Shown here: in pieces, positions 1 through 8,059 of the stretch
Numbering within the stretch: the stretch's first letter is position 1
Layout: every line of letters begins with the position of its first letter
From: Actinomycetes bacterium
GTDB lineage: Bacteria; Actinomycetota; Actinomycetes; S36-B12
DNA: 64,000 nucleotides
Assembly: GCA_037130755.1 (NCBI GenBank)
Contig: JBAXSI010000010.1
Coordinates: forward strand, 16,351 to 80,350
Direction: 5' to 3'
The notes under the pieces: model-generated
Told to the model about the DNA's origin: nothing
Databases searched by the model: none
What the model saw: the letters and a program-made list of their open reading frames with translations, nothing else
Translations under genes and position numbers: made by a program

Positions 1-768
1 CAGACGGGCCCACGTGTCGTCGGTGAGCTGCACATCCCAGTAGTCGACCCACACCGCCGGGGACAGCAGGTAGCCCTCCTGCACGGTGGGCAGCTCAACG
101 TCGGCGGGCCGGCCGGTGAGACGGGCCTGCCATGCAGGCATCCGAGCGGGCGGGAACTGCCTGCGCAGCGAGACCGTGGTCTCGCTGACAGTGACCTCGA
201 GCGGAGGAGGTGCGTCCCCCAGCACCGCCGGCGAGATATCCGGCGCTACGAAGGGCACCTGGGTGACGTCGGCGAAGTTCTCGTGCAGGAGCAGGAAGCT
301 TGCGTCGACCGGACGGTCGCCGGCGACAGTCGCCCAGTCGGCGTCGACCAGCCACGGCAGCTCGGGAAGCCGATGCAGTCGCGCGCGACCGGGCTCGCCG
401 AACCAGGCCCAGACCAGGCCGTCGGACTCTCGGACCGGGTAGGCGTCGACGAAGGCCCCGAGCGGCACGCGTGCCTGTGTGGGCACGCCGATGCACTGGC
501 CGCCGGCGTCGTAGACGAAGCCGCACAGGCCGCAGCGGATGGTGTCGCCCTGGACTGTTCCTGCGCTCAGCGGATAGGCGCGATGTGCGCATCGGTCCTC
601 GAGTGCGACTGCCGTACCTGCGCTCGTGCGGAAGAGCACGACGGGTCGGCCGACGGCGCGTACTGACGTGAGCGAGTTCGTGATGTCGGCGGAGCGGGCC
701 ACCGCGTACCAGCAGTCGGTGGGCACCACCACGGCTGCGGCCACTCGTCCTTGGAATGACTGGGTCAT
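1..768 (-). CDS. Rieske non-heme oxygenase alpha-subunit-like protein (VanA-like), degenerate ligands; truncated by left window edge
   Basis: Not in ORF track; translated by hand from ATG at 768: MTQSFQGRVAAAVVVPTDCWYAVA...VVLFRT...ALEDRCAHRAYPLSAG...IRCGLCGFVYDAGGQCIGVP...YPVRESDGLVWAWFG...LLLHENFADVTQVPFVA; open to base 1; GGAC/GGA RBS-like sequence upstream. Confidence 0.88.
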   Translation of the reverse strand, partial: MTQSFQGRVAAAVVVPTDCWYAVARSADITNSLTSVRAVGRPVVLFRTSAGTAVALEDRCAHRAYPLSAGTVQGDTIRCGLCGFVYDAGGQCIGVPTQARVPLGAFVDAYPVRESDGLVWAWFGEPGRARLHRLPELPWLVDADWATVAGDRPVDASFLLLHENFADVTQVPFVAPDISPAVLGDAPPPLEVTVSETTVSLRRQFPPARMPAWQARLTGRPADVELPTVQEGYLLSPAVWVDYWDVQLTDDTWARL

Positions 769-781
769 GTTCCGTTGTCCC

Positions 782-1756
782 TTACAGGTCGATGACGAGT
801 CGGTTGCCGCGGCATCGGGAGACGCAGACCATCATGGTCTCGTTCGAGGCCTTCTCCGAATCACTGAGCACGACGTCGCGATGGTCGACCTCGCCTTCGA
901 TGATCTCGGTTTCACAGGTTCCGCACACACCCTCGTGGCAGGACCCGAGCACCGGGATGCCCAACTCCTCGACGGCATGGAAGATGCTCTTGCCCGGTGG
1001 CACCGTCAGCGTCTGGCCCGAGCGGGCCAGCACCAGCTCGAACTCGGTGTCCTGCGACTCGTCGAGCTCCTTGCCCTGGAAGCGCTCGAGATGCAGGGCA
1101 CCCTCCGGCCACGCCTTGCAGGCGTCCTCGACGGCCTCGAGCAGCGGCTCCGGCCCGCAGGTGTAGACCAAGGTGTCAGTCGCGGGAGTTCCGAGCAGCT
1201 CGACGATGCGCTTGCTGAGCGTCAACTCGACCTCGTCGCGCGGCAGCAGCAGCACCTTGTCGCCGTACTGGGCCAGCGCCGGCAGGAACGCCATCGAGGC
1301 ACGTGATCGGCCGCCGTAGACCAGCCGCCAGTCCGCGCCGACCGCCTCGGCCTCCTCGATCATCGGCAGCATCGGGGTCACCCCGATCCCCCCGGCGATG
1401 AACAGGTACTTCGGCGACGAGACCAGCGGGAAGTGGTTGCGGGGCCCGCGCACGCGCACGCTGCTCCCGACGGCGAGGTTGTCGTGGATGAAGACCGAGC
1501 CGCCTCGGCTGTCCTCCGCGCGCAGTACGCCCACCTGCAGGCTCCGACTGTCCGACGGCGAGGAGCACAGCGAGTACTGGCGCGTCAGGTTGTCGGTGAG
1601 TACCAGGTCGACGTGCGCCCCCGGAGTCCACGCAGGGAGTGTCTGGCCATCCGGGTGAGCGAGCGTGAGCACGACGACGTCTTCCGCGGCACGGTCGACC
1701 GCCGTGACGAGGAGGTCCGCCTCGTACTCCTTCAGCGTCGTGGAGGTTTCGGTCAT
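782..1756 (-). CDS. PDR/VanB-type oxidoreductase (FMN/NAD + C-terminal plant-type 2Fe-2S)
   Basis: RQYSL, GPRNHF, IAGGIGVTP, YTCGP, CHEGVCGTC...CVS motifs; ATG 2 nt after the P450 stop (ORF track extends it spuriously to 2509). Confidence 0.93.
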   Translation of the reverse strand: MTETSTTLKEYEADLLVTAVDRAAEDVVVLTLAHPDGQTLPAWTPGAHVDLVLTDNLTRQYSLCSSPSDSRSLQVGVLRAEDSRGGSVFIHDNLAVGSSVRVRGPRNHFPLVSSPKYLFIAGGIGVTPMLPMIEEAEAVGADWRLVYGGRSRASMAFLPALAQYGDKVLLLPRDEVELTLSKRIVELLGTPATDTLVYTCGPEPLLEAVEDACKAWPEGALHLERFQGKELDESQDTEFELVLARSGQTLTVPPGKSIFHAVEELGIPVLGSCHEGVCGTCETEIIEGEVDHRDVVLSDSEKASNETMMVCVSRCRGNRLVIDL

Positions 1757-1758
1757 GC

Positions 1759-3018
1759 CTACTTCGCCTTGACCCGTACCGGGAAGCGCTTGACGCCATT
1801 GACGAAGTTGCTGCGTACGCGCTCGATCTCTCCGGTCTGCTCGATGGAGGCAAGCCGCGGAAGCAGCTCCTCGAACAGGATCCGGATCTCGAGGCGGGCG
1901 AGGTTGGCGCCAAGGCAGCTGTGCGGGCCCTTGCCGAAGGTCATGTGGTCGTTCGGGAACCGGGTGAGGTCCAAACCGTAGGGGTCGGTGAACTTGTCCT
2001 CGTCGTGATTGCCTGACGCGAACCACATGACGACCTTGTCGCCCTCCTTGATGGTCTTGCCGTGCAGCTCGACGTCCTTGGTGGCCGTGCGACGGAAGTG
2101 GTAGACCGGTGAGGCGTACCGGATGAGCTCCTCGACCATGATCTGCGACTTGTCGAGGTTGTCGACGAAGTACTGCATCTGGTCGGGGTGCTCCATGAGC
2201 CCCTTCATCGACAAGGTGATCGCCTGTCGAGTCGTCTCGTTGCCTGCCACGACCAGCAGCAGGAAGTAGTTGTCGAAGTCGGTGTCGGTCAGCGGGACGC
2301 CGTCGTCGGGGAGGCGATTGACGATCTTGCTGACGAGGTCCTCGCCGTCGCCGCCCTTGCGCTGCTTGGCGAGCTCCCGGCCGTACTCGAAGATCTCCAG
2401 CGACACCGGGTTGCGGAACGGCAGGTGCTTGTAGTTCTGCGCCTCGTCGCTGTCGACCAGCACGTTCGATAGCTCCGGGTCGGAGAAGCCCACGATCGTG
2501 TTTCCCCACGTGATGAGCTGGGGGATCATGTCGTCGGGCACGTCGAGCAGTCGGGCGAGCACGTTGATCGGGAAGTCAGCAGCCAGGGCGTCGACGAAGT
2601 CAATGTCCTCACGTGCCAGGGCATCGTTGATCGAAACGCGGGCGAGGTCGCGAAGGAACTCCTCGTAGCGACGCAGCTGCGCAACGCTGAAGTCGCGCTG
2701 CAGGAGCTTGCGGAGGGCCTGGTGCCGAGAGCCGTCAGACTCGAGGATGGACCTGCGCAAGTCCTGGAACTCGGCCGGCGGCTCCTCGAGGTTCACGAAC
2801 TGCGTCGAGGTGAACGTCTCACCGTCCTTGTTGACCATTTCGATGTCGTTGTAGCGGGTCACCGACCAGAAGCCGTGGCCGTCGCTGTCGTTCTCGTCCT
2901 GCCAGTGCAGGGGGTCCTCTGCACGCAGCGTGTCGAACATGCCCCACGCCTCGTTGTTGACGAAGTAGTCGAGATTGGTGAGGTCGACTTCGCTGAGCGG
3001 CACGGGCTTGTGGTTCAT
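1759..3018 (-). CDS. cytochrome P450 (module A)
   Basis: AGNETT I-helix, EELIR (ExxR), FGKGPHSCLG heme motif; GAGGAG RBS before ATG 3018. Confidence 0.96.
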   Translation of the reverse strand: MNHKPVPLSEVDLTNLDYFVNNEAWGMFDTLRAEDPLHWQDENDSDGHGFWSVTRYNDIEMVNKDGETFTSTQFVNLEEPPAEFQDLRRSILESDGSRHQALRKLLQRDFSVAQLRRYEEFLRDLARVSINDALAREDIDFVDALAADFPINVLARLLDVPDDMIPQLITWGNTIVGFSDPELSNVLVDSDEAQNYKHLPFRNPVSLEIFEYGRELAKQRKGGDGEDLVSKIVNRLPDDGVPLTDTDFDNYFLLLVVAGNETTRQAITLSMKGLMEHPDQMQYFVDNLDKSQIMVEELIRYASPVYHFRRTATKDVELHGKTIKEGDKVVMWFASGNHDEDKFTDPYGLDLTRFPNDHMTFGKGPHSCLGANLARLEIRILFEELLPRLASIEQTGEIERVRSNFVNGVKRFPVRVKAK

Positions 3019-3056
3019 GTTCTTCTCCTCGGTGTTCAGGGCGTCTGTTGGGGAGC

Positions 3057-3866
3057 TCAGATGGCTTGCGAGTTGTCGGTCAGCAGGATGCCGCCGTTGA
3101 AGGTGGTGCCGACCTCGCAGAAGTAGCCGGCGATGATCTCGTCGACGGGAAGCAGCGATGCGGGCTCGTCCCACGGCGAGTCGAACAGGCTCAGTTCGGC
3201 GTCGCCGATCCACGGCTGGCCGAGGTCGAGATCGACGCCGCCCATCGTCACGACCTGGTTCATCGACATGCCTGCGCCCGGGACGAGGGAGGGCATGACG
3301 CGGTGGTGGAGCATCTTGTGGCCGTTGACGAAGCCGTTGCCGGGCGCAGGCTCGCGCAGTGTGACCTTGGCGGTCGCGAGCCGGTGGTCGTACGCGGCCA
3401 GTGACGCACCGAAAGTGCCGCCGGGAGCGATCCGCGCGGTGGCCTTCCCACGGGTGTAGGGCCGGGTGACATATGCGCTGCCGAGCTTCTTCGGGTAGCC
3501 CTGGAACCAGCCGCGCGCGATGGCGAAGTCAGTGGTGACCCAGATGAGGACGCATCGGCTGTACGTGACGCCCTGGTACTTGCATCGCACCACGACGAAC
3601 GCCTCGAGGTACTGGGACTTGATGGGGTCGAGCAGTTCCTCGAACGAACTGCTGCAGGACTGCCAGTCCGCCCAGATGAAGGCGACGGCACCGGGGTCCT
3701 CGTCGGCCAGCTCGACGTCGGGCGGGAGGATGGCGCGGACGTTGGCGGGATCGGTTCGGTATTCGACCGTGAGCAGGGTGCCGGAGTAATGCCAGGGCAT
3801 GTCCGGGATGACGGCACTGCGCCCGCTCTGCGTGTACGGCGGAAGGAAGCCCTGCGAGCTCGTCAC
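3057..3866 (-). CDS. acetoacetate decarboxylase-like superfamily protein
   Basis: PWHYSG, YLEAFVVV, ARGWFQGYPKKLG Schiff-base Lys motif; GTG start overlaps upstream TGA. Confidence 0.88.
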   Translation of the reverse strand: MTSSQGFLPPYTQSGRSAVIPDMPWHYSGTLLTVEYRTDPANVRAILPPDVELADEDPGAVAFIWADWQSCSSSFEELLDPIKSQYLEAFVVVRCKYQGVTYSRCVLIWVTTDFAIARGWFQGYPKKLGSAYVTRPYTRGKATARIAPGGTFGASLAAYDHRLATAKVTLREPAPGNGFVNGHKMLHHRVMPSLVPGAGMSMNQVVTMGGVDLDLGQPWIGDAELSLFDSPWDEPASLLPVDEIIAGYFCEVGTTFNGGILLTDNSQAI

Positions 3867-4741
3867 TTCTTCTCCTCGACGGTCGACGGGTAGAGGTCCT
3901 TGCTCGGAGTGCGGATGCCGCGGAACTCCCAGTCGCCTCCCATAGCGGTGGAGATGACCTCCTCGCTCTCGGTCGGCTGGGCGCCGCAGTCGTCGCGGAT
4001 GGCAACCGGCCCCTGCACGATCGTGTTGCTCAGGGTGCCGAGGCCCTCGACTTCCACCTCCACGACATCGCCCGGGTAGACGGTGCGCGAGAACGCCGGG
4101 GTGCCGGAGAACAGGATGTCGCCAGGCACCAGCGTGATCGTCCGAGCGATGTCGGCCACCAGGTAGTGCATGTCCCACTCCATCTCGGCCGTCGTGGAAT
4201 CCTGCTTCACGACCCCGTTCACCCGCGTCTGGATCCCCTTGTCGCGGAAGTCCCAGCCGGTGACAAGTCCCGGTCCGATGGGCGCAAGGGTGTCTGATCC
4301 CTTGACGCGCAGCATCGACCCGGCGTCGGTGTCGCGGAAGTCGTGCAGCCCGTAGTCGTTGCCCACGGTGTAGCCCGCGATGTAGTCGCCGGCCTCCTCG
4401 GGCGAGACGTTGCGACAGGTGCGGCCGATCACGATGACGATCTCGCCCTCGTAGTTCAGCCAATTGCACCGCTCCGGCCGCACCACGGCGCCCTTGTGCG
4501 AGTTGAGTGCCGTGATCGGCTTGTGGAAGTACGTCGGCGCGGGCGGCAGCTTCGTCATGAACTCCTGGGTGCGGGAGTCGTAGTTCAGGTGCACCGCGAT
4601 GATCTTCGTCGGCTCGCACGGCGGCAGGTGGATGGCGTCGTCGATGCCCACGATGCGGCCATCCGGCGCCACCAGCTCGTCGCCATGGCGCACGACCTGG
4701 ACGGGAGCACCCTCCAGCAGGATGCGGCGGTAGTCGGTCAT
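3863..4741 (-). CDS. fumarylacetoacetate hydrolase family protein (HpaG-like decarboxylase/isomerase)
   Basis: KIIAVHLNY, NYEGE, GYTVGND, KGSDT...PIGP, PGDILFSGTP motifs; ATGA overlap with upstream gene. Confidence 0.92.
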   Translation of the reverse strand: MTDYRRILLEGAPVQVVRHGDELVAPDGRIVGIDDAIHLPPCEPTKIIAVHLNYDSRTQEFMTKLPPAPTYFHKPITALNSHKGAVVRPERCNWLNYEGEIVIVIGRTCRNVSPEEAGDYIAGYTVGNDYGLHDFRDTDAGSMLRVKGSDTLAPIGPGLVTGWDFRDKGIQTRVNGVVKQDSTTAEMEWDMHYLVADIARTITLVPGDILFSGTPAFSRTVYPGDVVEVEVEGLGTLSNTIVQGPVAIRDDCGAQPTESEEVISTAMGGDWEFRGIRTPSKDLYPSTVEEKK

Positions 4742-5643
4742 ACAGCTACCCCCGAATGGGACCAACCTGTGCTCGGCCGGTCGAACCACACGTGCACCTG
4801 GCTGGTGCCGACGGAGTTCTCGTAGTCGCTGATCTGGACACCCGGTGCGCAGAAATCCTGCTCGCCGAGCGCCGCGGCCATCATGAGGTAGTGGGCGAAC
4901 TTGCCCTCGGGCCGGACCGTGAGGAAGTCGTCCATCGTCTCCAGCACTCGGTCATGCCGGCCCTCGGCAAACCAAGCGAGTCGCTCGTAGTCCATCTCGC
5001 GGGCCTTGTCGCTGACGATGTACTTCGGGTCTGATCGCTCCACCTCAGGGTTCAGCCGGATCTCACGCAATCCGTAGAACGTATGGGACAGCGAGCCGGT
5101 CGCGATGATGATGACCTTCCGATCCACGTCCGCGATCGCCTTTCCGATGGCCCGGCCGACCCTGAGGTAGTCCTCGGTGTCGGCGGTCTGGCACACGCTC
5201 ATCGAGAGCCAGCGCTTGTCGAGCCCCTTGCCGAGGTAGGACCACAGGTTGACAGAGGGGTAGTAGAGCGGAAGGTACTCATCGTCGATCGGTGTGATCC
5301 AGGTGCCGACCTCGTCTGCATGCGAGGCGATGGCATGCGCGAACTCCGCGTCGCCTTCCCACTCGTAGGGAATCTTGCTCATGCCGCGCGGCAGTTCCTC
5401 GGCGGTGAAAAAGCCCTTGCGATGCGCGTGCGCCGTAACGACAAACTCCACCGTCGTGAACCAGTGCGAGTCGAGCACCACGACCGTGTCGTAGTCCAGG
5501 GTCTCGAAGACGTCCTTGCGCAGCTGGTTCAGCGACGTGACCAGCGAGAGCTCGTTGCCCTCGTTCAACTCGCGGCGGGTGGTCTCGGGCAGCATGATCG
5601 TCGGGACATGCGACAGCAGCCCGGCGGCGACGAACTCTCCCAT
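4738..5643 (-). CDS. LigB-family extradiol dioxygenase, homoprotocatechuate 2,3-dioxygenase (HpaD)-like
   Basis: SHVPTIM, DSHW, TGSLSH motifs, C-terminal YENSVGT; adjacent HpaE-like ALDH. Confidence 0.85.
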   Translation of the reverse strand: MGEFVAAGLLSHVPTIMLPETTRRELNEGNELSLVTSLNQLRKDVFETLDYDTVVVLDSHWFTTVEFVVTAHAHRKGFFTAEELPRGMSKIPYEWEGDAEFAHAIASHADEVGTWITPIDDEYLPLYYPSVNLWSYLGKGLDKRWLSMSVCQTADTEDYLRVGRAIGKAIADVDRKVIIIATGSLSHTFYGLREIRLNPEVERSDPKYIVSDKAREMDYERLAWFAEGRHDRVLETMDDFLTVRPEGKFAHYLMMAAALGEQDFCAPGVQISDYENSVGTSQVHVWFDRPSTGWSHSGVAV

Positions 5644-5645
5644 TG

Positions 5646-7109
5646 CTATTCCTTCCAGCCGTTAGGCGCATAGACGGTGTTCTTGACGTCTGCATAGAAG
5701 TCGAAGGACCACAGGCCGCCCTCGCGGCCGACGCCCGACTTCTTCGAGCCACCGAACGGGGCCCCAAGGTCGCGTACGAAGAAGCAGTTCACCCAGATCG
5801 TCCCGGCGACGAGGTGCTTGGTGAACGCCTCAGCGCGCGGACGGCTGCCCGTCACGACGCACGCGGCCAGGCCGAACTCGGTGCCGTTGGCCAGTGCCAG
5901 CCCCTCCTCGTCGGTGCCGAACGTCTGCATGGTGAGGACCGGTCCGAAGACCTCCTGCGTGAGGATCTCGCTGCCCGTCTGTGCATCCCGGATCAGCGTG
6001 GGCTTGTAGTAATGCGTTCCGAGTTCGGTGTTGGCCTCGCCGCCGTACACGATGGTGGCACCGTCGGCTCGCGCCCGATCGACGAAGCCCTGCACCCTCT
6101 CGATGTGCTTGAGATGGATGTTGGGCCCGATCTGGGTCTCCTCGTCGCGCGGGTCGCCCTGTCGGATCTGCGCCGCACGCTCGGCGAAGCGCGCCGCGAA
6201 TGCATCCGCGATGCCGTCCTGTACGAGCAGTCGAGTGCCGGCAAGGCAGACCTGACCGGCGTTGTCGTACTGCTCGATCGCGAGGTCGATCGCGAGGTCG
6301 AGGTCGGCGTCGTCGAGGATCACGGTCGGACTCTTGCCACCCAATTCGAACGAGCAGGGGATCAGGTTCTCTGCCGCCGCACGGGCGATGACCTTGGCGG
6401 TCGGCACCGATCCGGTGAAGCAGATCCGCGACACGTCGGGGTTCAGCGTGAGCGGGGCACCTGCCTCGGCGCCGAGTCCCTGAACCACGTTGAAGACGCC
6501 GGCCGGCAGGCCTGCCTCGTGGGCCAGGTCGGCGAAGTACGAGGCGGTGAGCGGTGCCCACTCGGGTGGCTTGAGGACGACGGTGTCGCCCGACGCGAGC
6601 GCCGGGCCGATGCGCCAGGTGGCCAGCATGAGCGGGGCATTCCACGGCGTGATGACGACGGCCACACCGGACGGGTCCCACGAGACCACGTTGTCGTGGT
6701 CACGGGTCTGCCACACCGGATGGTGGAGCTTGTCGACCGCGTAGTCGGCGAAGAAGCGGATGTTCATCGCGACGCGTGGCATGACGCCGCGGCGGTGCGA
6801 ACGCAGGAGGGATCCGTTGTCGTGCGTCTCGATCTGCGAGAGCTCCTCGATGTGGGCCTCGATGTTGTCAGCGACGCGGTGGAGGATCTCCTGGCGCTCC
6901 ACCGGCGACATCCGAGCCCATCCAGGAAACGCGGCCTTGGCTGCCGCAACTGCGGCGTCGGCTTCAGCCTGACCGCCGCGGCTGACCAGCCCCAGTACGG
7001 ACCCGTCGACAGGGGAGACAGTCTCGAAGGTGCTGGTCGAGGCCACCCGCTGGCCACCGATCCAGTGGCGCGTGTCCACGTCGACACCTGCCACGGCAAT
7101 CGTCGTCAT
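5646..7109 (-). CDS. aldehyde dehydrogenase, hydroxymuconate-semialdehyde (HpaE/DmpC-like) type
   Basis: ITPWNAP, KPPEWAP, FELGGKSP, AGQVCLAG, CFFVRDL, GREGGLWSFDFY. Confidence 0.9.
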   Translation of the reverse strand: MTTIAVAGVDVDTRHWIGGQRVASTSTFETVSPVDGSVLGLVSRGGQAEADAAVAAAKAAFPGWARMSPVERQEILHRVADNIEAHIEELSQIETHDNGSLLRSHRRGVMPRVAMNIRFFADYAVDKLHHPVWQTRDHDNVVSWDPSGVAVVITPWNAPLMLATWRIGPALASGDTVVLKPPEWAPLTASYFADLAHEAGLPAGVFNVVQGLGAEAGAPLTLNPDVSRICFTGSVPTAKVIARAAAENLIPCSFELGGKSPTVILDDADLDLAIDLAIEQYDNAGQVCLAGTRLLVQDGIADAFAARFAERAAQIRQGDPRDEETQIGPNIHLKHIERVQGFVDRARADGATIVYGGEANTELGTHYYKPTLIRDAQTGSEILTQEVFGPVLTMQTFGTDEEGLALANGTEFGLAACVVTGSRPRAEAFTKHLVAGTIWVNCFFVRDLGAPFGGSKKSGVGREGGLWSFDFYADVKNTVYAPNGWKE

Positions 7110-7179
7110 CAGGCTCCTTGCTGAAGGGGAGTCGGTGCGTCAGAGGGGGTTGCCGTCGCGCGGCGTCGCGTCAGCATAG

Positions 7180-7199
7180 ATTGTTCGGGTCCGAACGGA
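7180..7199. promoter_or_regulatory. palindromic operator copy 1 (ATTGTTCGGGTCCGAACGGA)
   Basis: 16/20 match to perfect palindrome ATCGTTCGGGCCCGAACGAT; abuts minus-strand -10 TATGCT (7173-7178) of the ALDH-to-Rieske operon. Confidence 0.7.
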
Positions 7200-7219
7200 A
7201 AGCCCTCCCAGCAATATTT

Positions 7220-7927
7220 TCAGGCGCTGTTGGCGACCTGGTCGAGGAAGGCGTCGACGAGCCGATGGGCGCGCTCGGCGGCGTCCTCCTGCTCGGCGAG
7301 CACGTGCTGATAGAGGATGTCGGGGTCCTGCCCATCGGCTGCGACCAGCTCGCGCCCACCGTTGCCGTACCAGCCCTGCAGCCCGTACGGGGTCAGCTCG
7401 GGATGGAATTGCACGCCAAGGTTCCGTCGAAGGATGAATGCCTGTGAGGCGAAGGAGTTGCGGGCGATCTCGTGCGCGTCCGGGGGCACTTGCCAGCGGT
7501 CGTAGTGGAACTGGAACCACGGACCGGAACTGACGATGTCCGGGAACTGGGTCCAGATGGATGCCCAGCCGATCTCGGCACGCGGAGCCGGCGCAACGGA
7601 GCCGCCATGGGCCCGCGCGAGCAGTTGACCGCCGAAACAGATGCCGAACACCGGGACGCCTGCGTCGTCGGCTCGCTTGAGCCACTCCAGTTCGGGAACC
7701 AGCCAGTTGCCGATCGTCGCGTCGTCCCAGGCACCCCATGGTGATCCCATGGGCACCAGCGCGTCGAAGTCCGTCGGGTCAGGGAAGTCGAAGGACACGT
7801 TCGGGGTGCTGAACTTCTCCGCCGGGACGATCAACTGCTCGACGACCTCATAGCCACGGTGCGCGAATCGCTCGGCGATCGGGCCGGCAGGACTGAGGTG
7901 GTCGTGCTGGAGAATCAGGACGCGCAT
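7220..7927 (-). CDS. class I glutamine amidotransferase-like (gamma-glutamylamide hydrolase), module A
   Basis: GICFGGQ nucleophile elbow and QFHPE (Cys-His-Glu triad); start MRVLILQH. Confidence 0.9.
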   Translation of the reverse strand: MRVLILQHDHLSPAGPIAERFAHRGYEVVEQLIVPAEKFSTPNVSFDFPDPTDFDALVPMGSPWGAWDDATIGNWLVPELEWLKRADDAGVPVFGICFGGQLLARAHGGSVAPAPRAEIGWASIWTQFPDIVSSGPWFQFHYDRWQVPPDAHEIARNSFASQAFILRRNLGVQFHPELTPYGLQGWYGNGGRELVAADGQDPDILYQHVLAEQEDAAERAHRLVDAFLDQVANSA

Positions 7928-7991
7928 GGACTGCTCATCTCGTGGCCAGATTTGCGTGACGAATCGGTGGACGGCGCATCCTAACTCTGTA

Positions 7992-8011
7992 ATCATGTGG
8001 GCCCGAACGAT
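7992..8011. promoter_or_regulatory. palindromic operator copy 2 (ATCATGTGGGCCCGAACGAT)
   Basis: 17/20 match to consensus palindrome, in the divergent GATase/GS intergenic region. Confidence 0.7.
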
Positions 8012-8059
8012 TTCGGTCACATTCCCTCATCCACGTGGTTCTACTGAAGGAGTTGTTGG

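Noticed and set aside
782-2509. 575-aa ORF suggesting a frameshifted P450-reductase fusion
   Set aside because: The extension is an off-frame read of the P450, common at high GC. The P450 has a normal C-terminus and stop, the reductase has its own ATG, and no slippery site or linker was seen.
3057-4619. 520-aa ORF implying a long ADC-like protein
   Set aside because: The N-terminal half is an alternative frame of the FAH gene; the real start is the GTG at 3866.
5643-7124. Long antisense ORFs mirroring real genes (also 9648-11177, 11305-12495, 23819-25069, 26153-27688, 56013-57743)
   Set aside because: Shadow ORFs caused by GC3 bias; no motifs, and they overlap well-supported genes.
7954-7964. 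GCGTGACGAAT shared with 9498-9508 as a GlnR box
   Set aside because: It has a GTnAC half-site but no properly spaced GAAAC; an 11-bp match alone is too weak, though it could be a secondary site.
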